From Pyrodictium abyssi (GTDB taxonomy: Archaea; Thermoproteota; Thermoprotei_A; Sulfolobales; Pyrodictiaceae): 32,000 nt of DNA. Where the stretch lies: positions 1,050,001-1,082,000 of the forward strand of contig NZ_AP028907.1 in assembly GCF_036323395.1 (NCBI RefSeq). The letters are read 5' to 3'. The notes under the pieces are model-generated. The model was not told where the DNA came from, ran no database searches, and was given only the letters and a program-made list of their open reading frames with translations. The position numbers were made by a program, and so were the translations under genes. Numbering within the stretch: the first letter of the stretch is position 1; each line of letters opens with the position of its first letter. Shown here in pieces: positions 1 through 7,187 of the stretch.

Positions 1-641
1 CGCAGGGGCTGCCCGGCTAGCGGGTGGTGGTACTCTATAAGCCACACCGGGTAGTGCGCCACGCCCACGAGCCCCGCCCGGCTCTCGACGCTGCCTCTGC
101 ACCCGGCTAGCCGCGCCTCACCCGCAGCCCGGTACTCCACACGGGCCCGGAGTGCACTACACCTGGGCTCTGGGCTAGCGTCGGGCTGGTGGAACACGCC
201 CCTACGCGCCCTCCGCGGGTCGTAGGGCTCCCTCCCGACGACGGGGAACCTGTAGCCGTGCTCGAGCCCCGGGAGCGGGAGCCTAGACGTGGCCAGCCAC
301 GTCTCCTCCCGCTCCTCTCGCGCTCCCTCGCAGCCCTCCACCCAGGCCTCTGCGCTGCAGATGTAGAGCGGTAGGTAGTGGAGCTCGCTCCGGGCTAACG
401 AGGCTGTCTCGGCTATGTCCGCTGGCGCGCCGGGGAGCATACGGGCCCGTGAAACGGCTAGGAGGAACGCCTCGCCGTCGTCGAGCCTCGGTGGGTAGTA
501 GTACTGCCTTGTAGCCTCCTCCCCAGTCTTAGCCACGACCGTGGTCCCGCAGTACGGGCAGACGGCGTACACAGCACCCTTCGGCACCTCGAACACAGCG
601 CCACAGTATGGGCACCGTAGCCTCCTCAAGCCCTGGGTCAC
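1..641 (-). CDS. Zn-ribbon protein, N-terminal part only (gene runs off the left edge); paralog of the 638..1759 product
   Basis: Absent from the ORF track because it has no stop inside the window. My own minus-strand translation from GTG 641..639 reads MTQGLRRLRCPYCGAVFEVPKGAVYAVCPYCGTTVVAKTGEEATRQYYYPPRLDDGEAFLLAVSRARMLPG... and stays open to base 1. The start overlaps the upstream stop as GTGA. It has the same CxxC-x14-CxxC N-terminus and a similar following segment as the upstream neighbour. Confidence 0.6.
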   Translation of the reverse strand, partial: MTQGLRRLRCPYCGAVFEVPKGAVYAVCPYCGTTVVAKTGEEATRQYYYPPRLDDGEAFLLAVSRARMLPGAPADIAETASLARSELHYLPLYICSAEAWVEGCEGAREEREETWLATSRLPLPGLEHGYRFPVVGREPYDPRRARRGVFHQPDASPEPRCSALRARVEYRAAGEARLAGCRGSVESRAGLVGVAHYPVWLIEYHHPLAGQPL

Positions 642-1759
642 CTTCTCGCCAGCCTCTCAGCCTGGGTGCCTATCGTCGTGAATAGGCTGCGGAGCCACGA
701 GCCCTCACGGCCCTTCTCTATCCTAGCCTCGCTTAGCCCAGCTCGCGCCGCGAGGTAGCCCAGCACAGCGCCGAGCCCTAGCGTGGCCCCAGCTACAGCT
801 AGGCCCCCGACGCCGCCTCCCGCAGCCGTGTAGAGCACGGCAGCAGCTCCGCCACCACCCCCGCCGAGGAGCCCAGCGAGCATGAGGAAGAAGCTCCGCT
901 GCCTGCCGGTCAGGGGCTCTTCGCGTAGCAGCGGGTACATGTCCCACCCGGAGAAGTAGGCGCGGTACACCCTGCCCTCGCAGACGTAGAACACCTTGGT
1001 TAGGGGGAGCAGCACCGGCCCACGGACCTCGAGCTCGGGGAACTCGCACGTGATAGTCCTATGGACAACGTTGACAGCAGTGACCGTGCCGGGGCCGTGG
1101 TAGCTGGCCCTAGCCCTCCGCCTAATCTCCGCCTCAACCCTCTCGCGGAGCCAGTCGCATGCATCGTCGCGCACGGTCTCCTCCGCCTCCTGGGGGCCGT
1201 AGTCTGCAGCGAGCGCCGTGTACTCCCCCTTCCTCCACTCCACGCTGCCCAGGCCCACGAGCTCTGGGCGCGTGGAGAGGTAGTGCTCGGCCAGCTCGTC
1301 CACAGCCTCTTCGCCGAGGCTCCTCTTGCCGCTGACTAGAGCCTCGAAGCTCTGCTCGTAGACGCCCGAGACGTGGAACGGCACGGTACGTGTCTCGGTG
1401 TAGACACGGTCGCCCTTCCTCCGGGAGACGGTGACGATGAGGAACCCGGAAGCCTCGTACCGGCTATAGAGCCGGCCACGCGCCTCGTAGAAGGGCACGA
1501 GCACGGTCTCGATACGGGCTGGCTCCACGTTGAGCCCGCGGAGGTCTGGGTCCCTGCGCGCAAGCTCCATGAAGGCCTCCCAGGCCCTATCCATGCTCGG
1601 CGGCTTAGCGGCGAACACGCTGCCGGGCTCGCCCTTAACCCAGTTGGGCTTCCCGCAGTACGGGCAGACCACGAGAACCGTGTCGGGGCCGACCCGCAGC
1701 GGTGAGCCGCAGTAGCTGCACCGCAGCCTCTGCACGCTGACCGCCGGTAAGCCAGCCAT
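638..1759 (-). CDS. Zn-ribbon protein with C-terminal Gly-rich transmembrane hairpin; function unknown
   Basis: 373-aa ORF. The N-terminus carries CSYCGSPLRVGPDTVLVVCPYCG (CxxC-x14-CxxC). The C-terminus, SFFLMLAGLLGGGGGGAAAVLYTAAGGGVGGLAVAGATLGLGAVLGYLAA, is hydrophobic and glycine-zipper-like, followed by a basic amphipathic tail. It starts 25 nt downstream of the SPFH gene on the same strand. Confidence 0.75.
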   Translation of the reverse strand: MAGLPAVSVQRLRCSYCGSPLRVGPDTVLVVCPYCGKPNWVKGEPGSVFAAKPPSMDRAWEAFMELARRDPDLRGLNVEPARIETVLVPFYEARGRLYSRYEASGFLIVTVSRRKGDRVYTETRTVPFHVSGVYEQSFEALVSGKRSLGEEAVDELAEHYLSTRPELVGLGSVEWRKGEYTALAADYGPQEAEETVRDDACDWLRERVEAEIRRRARASYHGPGTVTAVNVVHRTITCEFPELEVRGPVLLPLTKVFYVCEGRVYRAYFSGWDMYPLLREEPLTGRQRSFFLMLAGLLGGGGGGAAAVLYTAAGGGVGGLAVAGATLGLGAVLGYLAARAGLSEARIEKGREGSWLRSLFTTIGTQAERLARR

Positions 1760-1784
1760 GCAGGCCGCCTCCCTGCCGGCCCTA

Positions 1785-2918
1785 CTAGGCCTCTAGCTGT
1801 GCTCCGCACACGGGGCAGAACCGCGCCTCAGCTGGCGCTACGTGGCCACGAGGGCACCAGAGTATCCTCTTGCCGCAGAAGGGGCAGAACCCGGCACCCC
1901 GGAGCGACGGAGGCAGCTCCCGCCCACAGTAGGGGCACCGCGGCGTATAGCTCTGCTGGCTGCCAGCCCCCCTCTGCTGCTGGGCAGCGGCAGCGCCTAC
2001 AGCGGCGGCCCCAGCGGCCTGCACGGGCTGGGGCTGCTGGGCCTGTTGGAGGAACTGCTGGAGCATAGGCAGGAACGCTGCTAGGCCCACCACGTTGCCT
2101 CCCTGGGCCTTCGCCAGCGCGTCCATGAGGCGGCGCTGTAGGTCGTACTGCTGCATGAACTGCGCCACCTGAGGGTTGGTGGCGGCAAGAGCCAGCATCT
2201 GGAAGTAGCCGCTCTCCTGCAGCTTCCTGAGCCACTCCTCAGGGATATCCACGTCCACAGCTATGCTCTTGACCCTCAGGTACCAGTTCTCCTGCAGCTC
2301 CCTCGCAACCTGACTCCTCAGGAGCTCCTTGACCCGTGCCTTGCCCTGGTGCACGTCAATGCTGAGGAAGCTTCCCAGGAACGACTCCACCCAGTCATTT
2401 ATGTAGAGCCTTATCCTCTCCTCGAGCTCCTCCGTCGTGAAGCTCTTGTCCTCAGCGGCTATCTTTAGCGCGAACTTCTTAATGTCCTCGTCGTTCTCTG
2501 GCATCACTACGTGTATCTTCCCCCGGTACTGGATGGGCACACCGTCCTTACTATTCCCCTGGCCGCCGAAAGCGATATCCTTCTCCGTAACGTTGACAAA
2601 GACTATGCGTACCGGTATGGGGACGCCCTCGTAGAGCTCCTGCATTACGCCTCGCAGGCCCGGCACGTGGGCGGTGTCGAGCGGCCACTCGCCCTGCCGG
2701 AGGACAGCCAGCACCTTGCCGCCGCGGATGACGATAGCCGCCTGGTTCGGCTGCACGACTATTCTGGAGCCGTAGGGTATCATCCGCTGTGGGTACTCCC
2801 AGACCAGCTCCCCGGGGTGGAAGTCGTGCGATATTACTAGCAGCTTCCCGGCCCCGGCTTTGGCTACCTTACCCCCTATCCTGCCCAGCTTATCGAAGAA
2901 CGACACGACCAGGCTCAC
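1785..2918 (-). CDS. SPFH/Band-7 superfamily protein with C-terminal double Zn-ribbon (COG4260 / B. subtilis YdjI-like architecture)
   Basis: 377-aa ORF. The N-terminal segment ELVWEYPQRMIPYGSRIVVQPNQAAIVIRGGKV...VRIVFVNVTE resembles the YdjI-type SPFH core. A Q/A-rich linker follows, then CPYCG-x12-CPFCG and C-x3-H...CPVCG ribbons. Its GTG start overlaps the upstream stop (GTGA at 2918..2915). Confidence 0.85.
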   Translation of the reverse strand: MSLVVSFFDKLGRIGGKVAKAGAGKLLVISHDFHPGELVWEYPQRMIPYGSRIVVQPNQAAIVIRGGKVLAVLRQGEWPLDTAHVPGLRGVMQELYEGVPIPVRIVFVNVTEKDIAFGGQGNSKDGVPIQYRGKIHVVMPENDEDIKKFALKIAAEDKSFTTEELEERIRLYINDWVESFLGSFLSIDVHQGKARVKELLRSQVARELQENWYLRVKSIAVDVDIPEEWLRKLQESGYFQMLALAATNPQVAQFMQQYDLQRRLMDALAKAQGGNVVGLAAFLPMLQQFLQQAQQPQPVQAAGAAAVGAAAAQQQRGAGSQQSYTPRCPYCGRELPPSLRGAGFCPFCGKRILWCPRGHVAPAEARFCPVCGAQLEA

Positions 2919-3697
2919 CCCCTACCGAATACGCGTGAGAGCAGGATCCGTGCACGGGAAACAGCTGGGCCGAGCCCCTCGGCTACAGCCCCAGCAGCGG
3001 CCCGTAGCCGCCCAGCCACGGTGTCGCCGCTGGAGGCGAACTGGAGGAACCGGCGCCTCTCCTCGTAGAGCTCGCGGAGGCTCCTAGCAACCTCCTCCAG
3101 CCTGCCGAGGAGCTCCAGGGCCTTCTGGTAGTCGCCGAGGCCCACGGCGGCCCGCAGCTCCCGCGCGGTCCTAGCTGCAGCCTCGCCAAGCCCTATCATA
3201 GAGTCGTCGTACTCGCATAGCCGGAGTATCTCGTCCTCCCTTATCGCCCGTGCAGCCCCTACCGGGGCCCAGCCAGAGTCGGCGTAGAGTATGTCGCTGA
3301 CAAGCCCGGAGACCTCGGCGCCTATGCTCCGGAGCCTCTCCGGGAGAACTGGCAGTGCCTGCAGAGCACCCGTGCCCTGCTGTACCGGGGCGGTGGGCGG
3401 GACAGCGCTAAGCATTGGCGTGGAGGCGAAGAACGCCTGCCCGGCCGCAGAGGCGAGTGCCTGCCGTGCAGCCTCCACCTCCCGGTAGGCCTCGTCGAGC
3501 CGCCCAGCCACGTACCGGCGTATCTCCACGTCCAGCTCCCGGAGCTTCTCCCGCCGGAGAAACCCCCGGGCGAACGGCACAGCCCGGAACATGTTCTGTA
3601 TCCAGGCGTAGTGGGGCCGGAGGCACAGCTCGTAGCCCGGGCCACCAGAGCTACTGTTGTCGGACAACACCCAGCACCCGATAAGCCATTTAGACAC
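2915..3697 (-). CDS. Hypothetical alpha-helical protein, first gene of the SPFH operon
   Basis: 260-aa ORF from GTG 3697; an alternative ATG at 3592 gives MFRAVPFARGFLRREKLRELDVEIRRYV... It has long charged helices (N-terminal coiled-coil-like, C-terminal TPR-like DYQKALELLGRLEEVARSLRELYEERRRF), a Pro-rich middle and an amphipathic C-terminus. I recognise no family motif. Confidence 0.6.
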   Translation of the reverse strand: MSKWLIGCWVLSDNSSSGGPGYELCLRPHYAWIQNMFRAVPFARGFLRREKLRELDVEIRRYVAGRLDEAYREVEAARQALASAAGQAFFASTPMLSAVPPTAPVQQGTGALQALPVLPERLRSIGAEVSGLVSDILYADSGWAPVGAARAIREDEILRLCEYDDSMIGLGEAAARTARELRAAVGLGDYQKALELLGRLEEVARSLRELYEERRRFLQFASSGDTVAGRLRAAAGAVAEGLGPAVSRARILLSRVFGRG

Positions 3698-3955
3698 CAG
3701 GGCTCATGGTACACCGAGTGGGGGACAGACTAGCGAGCCGCTGTTCTATTAGCAGTTCCGTAGAGGCTAGGAGCCGGGTTAATACGTGTTATACGCAGAG
3801 CCCAGGGCCAAACCACGCTACGACGGGACCAACACCGCCCTAACCTTTAATCATACAGCGTTCTTTCAGCCTCCCCTGCCCCAGTCCCCGGCCCACGGGC
3901 CGTGCCCCTTAGATGGTGATACCGCATTGTAACCCCTCTAGGGGGCGCACAAGCC

Positions 3956-4237
3956 TTGGCTATAGGGCAGCACACTACAGTACGCTATATAAGCCTCGTA
4001 GCAGCCATCGAGCGCGTGCTACGCGACCTCGGCGGCCGCGCGGAGATGGACACCCTGCTACGCGAGGTATGGACACGCTACGTGGAAGCCGGGAACGGCG
4101 AGCGCGTAGTAATGAGGCTCTACCGCCACCCCACCGGCAGGCTATGGAGCCCCGACGCAGAGGAAGCCCTACGCGTCCTAGAAGCAGCAGGGATAGTCGA
4201 GAGGCACGGCAGAACACTAGTACTCAAAGCCGCCTAG
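3956..4237 (+). CDS. Small winged-helix-like protein (HARE-HTH / Mrr_N-like pattern), hypothetical
   Basis: 93-aa ORF with a TTG start and host-like codon usage. The segment ISLVAAIERVLRDLGGRAEMDTLLREVWTRY fits the pattern of small wHTH modules. Fold assignment is by eye only. Confidence 0.5.
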   Translation: MAIGQHTTVRYISLVAAIERVLRDLGGRAEMDTLLREVWTRYVEAGNGERVVMRLYRHPTGRLWSPDAEEALRVLEAAGIVERHGRTLVLKAA

Positions 4238-4274
4238 CCCCGTAGCCGTTTCCCCCACCCGCTAGGCGGTGAGC

Positions 4275-4583
4275 CTATCCTCTCTCCTCCGGGGCCTGCT
4301 GGGGCCTGCAGAAGACCCATGGCCTGTGGCGGACGACCCGGTAGCCTAGCCTCCTGTAGAGCCTCACCGCGGCAGTGTTGCCCTCGGCTACGTGCAGCAT
4401 CGCTGCTGCTCCTGCTGATAGCGCCGCCTCGGTCACGGAGGATACAGCGGTCTTGCCGTAGCCCCGGCTCCGGTACCGCGGGTCCGTGTACACACCGCCA
4501 ATAACCCACACCTCGCGCATTCTGATATAGGCGCTGGCGATGGAGACTACCTCGCTGCCGGCCAGGGCCCCGTGGTACCTCAT
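4275..4583 (-). CDS. GNAT N-acetyltransferase, C-terminal (acetyl-CoA-binding) fragment of an apparently frameshifted gene
   Basis: VWVIGGVYTDPRYRSRGYGKTAVSSVTEAALSAGAAAMLHVAEGNTAAVRLYRRLGY contains the GNAT motif A (R-x-x-G-x-G/A) and motif B. The reading frame stays homologous-looking upstream of the ATG (AAIATGPVSGEEARAALRA) back to a TAG at 4643..4641. Confidence 0.7.
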   Translation of the reverse strand: MRYHGALAGSEVVSIASAYIRMREVWVIGGVYTDPRYRSRGYGKTAVSSVTEAALSAGAAAMLHVAEGNTAAVRLYRRLGYRVVRHRPWVFCRPQQAPEERG

Positions 4584-4948
4584 AGCCCGGAGAGCCGCCC
4601 GCGCCTCTTCCCCCGAAACGGGCCCTGTAGCGATAGCAGCCTAGCCAAGGCCTCAACGTGTCCGGGATTACTAGGGCTTAGCCTCACAACGGGGTGGCCA
4701 CGGTACGGGGTGAAGTCCTCCTCGCCCACAGCCATGTCCAGGAAGCTCTCCACACGGGTAATGTGTCCGGGCTTTAGCGCCTCGAGCACGCGGGGTAGAA
4801 GACCCGGATCGTAGAGCTGGATAACAGTTTCCCTCGTGCACCGGTGCTCCTCTAGGAGAGGGTCTACGCGGCCCCAGAGGTGCACAGAGTCCCTCACGGG
4901 GCCACGCCACCGGAGGAGGTAGCCAGCTATAGCGTCCTGGTCTACCAC
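4580..4948 (-). CDS. N-terminal fragment of the same GNAT gene (frameshifted)
   Basis: 122-aa ORF ending in ...VVRLSPSNPGHVEALARLLS, followed by an Arg/Gly-rich tail (LQGPFRGKRRGRLSGL) that reads like out-of-frame translation. Joining it to the +1 frame at about 4620-4643 restores a contiguous GNAT of about 225 aa. Confidence 0.55.
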   Translation of the reverse strand: MVDQDAIAGYLLRWRGPVRDSVHLWGRVDPLLEEHRCTRETVIQLYDPGLLPRVLEALKPGHITRVESFLDMAVGEEDFTPYRGHPVVRLSPSNPGHVEALARLLSLQGPFRGKRRGRLSGL

Positions 4949-5275
4949 AACCCTCAGCCTACCTGGTCGAGCTGGTACACTAGGTTATAGACCAGGTGGA
5001 CGTGGGTCAGCGGAAGCGGTAGAGACCGATAATGGCTCTCCACAGGATATAGTCGAGGCTCTTGAGCCCTACTAGGCGATACAAACCCGGCACACCGCCT
5101 AGGATACAGGGTAATAGGGCCTTCTAAGGCATAGGCTCGTCCCCGGCCCACGGGATGCTAGCGCCAGAGGCCCCCGGGGCACTGTGTCGCGGATCCCTGT
5201 GTGTCGTTGCGCCCAGGAGCCCTGGGAGTAGAATTTACCTAGCAGCATGGCTCCCATTACCTGGGCGGCTCCCGC

Positions 5276-5611
5276 TTGAGCATCGAGGAGTACAGGCTAC
5301 TGATGCGGAGAGCGTTAATGTTCCTAGACGAGGCCCGTGAGGCCTACAGTAGGGACCGCCACGATCTAGCTATGTTCCTCGCCGAGCAGGCTCTACAGCT
5401 CTTCCTCAAGGCGCAGCTCCTCCGTATGCTCGGCGACTACCCTCGTACGCATAGTGTACGGCAGCTCCTCACCATGCTCGGGAAGGCGCTAGGCGATAAC
5501 GCTGAGAAGGAGATAACGGCCTTCATTAGGCGAGAGAGGCCCCGCCTATCAGAGCTAGAGGACGTATACATAGTCTCACAGGTACGGGTTCCGCACCTAT
5601 ACCAGGGATGA
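5276..5611 (+). CDS. HEPN domain protein (COG2250-type), truncated by an apparent frameshift
   Basis: TTG start. The segment AMFLAEQALQLFLKAQLLRMLGDYPRTHSVRQLL is a typical HEPN helix pair. The conserved C-terminus (SHRYGFRTYTRDDAEDILSTVERVMGFVEELL) is encoded in the +1 frame from 5574 to a TAG at 5703..5705. Confidence 0.7.
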   Translation: MSIEEYRLLMRRALMFLDEAREAYSRDRHDLAMFLAEQALQLFLKAQLLRMLGDYPRTHSVRQLLTMLGKALGDNAEKEITAFIRRERPRLSELEDVYIVSQVRVPHLYQG

Positions 5612-5652
5612 CGCCGAGGACATATTGTCCACCGTGGAGAGGGTGATGGGTT

Positions 5653-5889
5653 TTGTCGAAGAGCTACTCAGATGTACTGCTCGAGACGATGCTGGAGAGG
5701 GCTAGCATCCTCAGGAACTGGAGGAAGATAGCGAGTAGGGTAGCAGACGCTGTGAGAGAAGTGTGTCCGGAAGCACGTGTATACGTAGCTGGTAGTGTCG
5801 CGAGGGGCGAGTGGATAGCAGCAAGCGATATAGACATCGTTGTCGTGTTGCCGCGCAGCCCAGTATGCGGGAGGCGGCACAAATTATAG
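5653..5889 (+). CDS. Minimal nucleotidyltransferase (MNT), N-terminal catalytic fragment; partner of the HEPN gene
   Basis: VYVAGSVARGEWIAASDIDIVVVL matches the G-S-x(9-10)-D-x-D polymerase-beta NTase motif. An alternative in-frame ATG lies at 5689. The ORF ends prematurely (PVCGRRHKL*) after an apparent frameshift near 5857-5865. Confidence 0.75.
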   Translation: MSKSYSDVLLETMLERASILRNWRKIASRVADAVREVCPEARVYVAGSVARGEWIAASDIDIVVVLPRSPVCGRRHKL

Positions 5890-6005
5890 AACATGTATGG
5901 AGCAGGCTAGGGCTCCCTCCGAGTAATCCGCTCGAGGTACACGTAGTCGGGCCCAAGGACCTTGAGAGGTATCTGAGAAAAGGCGTGGTAGCACAGCTAG
6001 CATAG
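5811..6005 (+). CDS. C-terminal fragment of the MNT gene (-1 frame)
   Basis: From about 5865 this frame reads MREAAQIIEHVWSRLGLPPSNPLEVHVVGPKDLERYLRKGVVAQLA. That continues the MNT fold expected after DIDIVVVLPRSP. The first ~18 codons of the ORF are overlap noise. Confidence 0.5.
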   Translation: MDSSKRYRHRCRVAAQPSMREAAQIIEHVWSRLGLPPSNPLEVHVVGPKDLERYLRKGVVAQLA

Positions 6006-6044
6006 TCTACGCGGCGGCATAGAGGCTGTGCCCCCGAGGGGGCC

Positions 6045-7184
6045 TTAGCTCCTTTCCGGGGCGTCTACCGGTAGGCTGCCGGTTTCCTTGCCTATTACCT
6101 TCTGTAGCCTCTTGATGGTCAGCTCTACTAGTGGTGTGCGTAGCGGCTTCTCGGGTATCAGGCCCTGCGGCCTATACAGCAGCACAGCGACTATCAGTAG
6201 GCCCATTATCACGTAGCGTAGGAACGGCAGTGCGGCGGCCACGGCGTCTGGTACGCTTATCCCTAGGGTCTCTAGCGCCGAGGTGTTGAGGAACACGTTT
6301 ATCGCCGCTACCGCGGCTGCGCCGAGCAGCGCGCCTACGTTGTTCGCTGCGCCGCCGAGCATCACGGCTACTACGACCTCGAAGGTCCTCTCCGGCTTGA
6401 AGGTGTTCGCCTGGACGCTCCCCGAGTAGAACACCAGGAGAGCGCCGGCTATCGCCGCCATGGCGGAGCCGACGGCTAGCACCTGTAGCCTGAGCCGGGC
6501 CACGTTGTAGCCGTACACCTGGGCTGCTAGCTCGTCGTCCCTCATCGCCTTTAGGGCGCGGCCCCAGGGGCTGTTGGCCAGCATCTCGGCGTAGACGTAG
6601 AAGAGCGCTGCGAACAGCAGCACAAGCATAGCGTACATTAGGTCTATCCTGGCCTTCACCGGGTACCAGGCGAAGGGCGTCGGTATGGCTGTGAGGCCGT
6701 TGAAGCTGCAGACAGGCCACTGGCTGTTGTAGGCTATCAGCCTCACAACCTCGCCCATTGCTAGCAGGGTTATCGCGAGGAAGTCGCCGCCGAGCCGCAG
6801 CGTCGGGTAGCTAGAGAGTATACCGGACACCGCGCCTATCACGCCAGCAGCTACCAGTGCTAGCGCGAAGAGCGTGAAGTACTGACCCGGAGAGAGCAGG
6901 TGCTGTGAGGCAGCGGTGGAGAGTATGTTGTACGCCTCCGGGCTGCAGTAGACCGGGCCCTCAGTGCTTGCTGCCACGGTTGCCCCGGCTGTCTGGGCTG
7001 CCCAGTGTAGGCCTAGCCACGCTGCCAGGGCGCCGGCAGAGTAGGCGCCAAGGCTCATGAACAATACCTTGCCGAAGTTTGGTACGCCGCCGTAGCCGTA
7101 CTCTAGGTTGAAGCTCAGCGCTAGTATCGCGTAGACGCCGAACCAGACAATCCACTGCGAGACTATACCCATCACGCCCTCCAT
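6045..7184 (-). CDS. livM: Branched-chain amino-acid ABC transporter permease (LivM family)
   Basis: 379-aa polytopic membrane protein. The N-terminus WFGVYAILALSFNLEYGYGGVPNFGKVLFMSLGAY is LivM-like. It is the last gene of the liv operon. Confidence 0.9.
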   Translation of the reverse strand: MEGVMGIVSQWIVWFGVYAILALSFNLEYGYGGVPNFGKVLFMSLGAYSAGALAAWLGLHWAAQTAGATVAASTEGPVYCSPEAYNILSTAASQHLLSPGQYFTLFALALVAAGVIGAVSGILSSYPTLRLGGDFLAITLLAMGEVVRLIAYNSQWPVCSFNGLTAIPTPFAWYPVKARIDLMYAMLVLLFAALFYVYAEMLANSPWGRALKAMRDDELAAQVYGYNVARLRLQVLAVGSAMAAIAGALLVFYSGSVQANTFKPERTFEVVVAVMLGGAANNVGALLGAAAVAAINVFLNTSALETLGISVPDAVAAALPFLRYVIMGLLIVAVLLYRPQGLIPEKPLRTPLVELTIKRLQKVIGKETGSLPVDAPERS

Positions 7185-7187
7185 GGC

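Noticed and set aside
189-374. 61-aa plus-strand ORF at the left edge
   Set aside because: It lies antisense to the much better supported minus-strand Zn-ribbon CDS (1..641). It has Pro/Arg-rich composition typical of GC-rich shadow frames.
723-1809. Several 90-157-aa ORFs (723..1049, 1061..1339, 1336..1809, 1373..1705, 1530..1715) overlapping the 638..1759 gene
   Set aside because: These are out-of-frame or antisense shadow ORFs with Arg/Pro/Gly/Ala-rich low-complexity translations. They have no motifs and no independent RBS logic.
4234-4656. 140-aa minus-strand ORF overlapping the GNAT fragments
   Set aside because: It is the third frame of the GNAT region, with an Arg/Gly-rich translation. 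The GNAT homology is fully explained by the other two frames.
6172-6720. 182-aa ORF inside livM
   Set aside because: It is an alternative frame of a clearly recognisable permease gene, with an Arg-rich translation.
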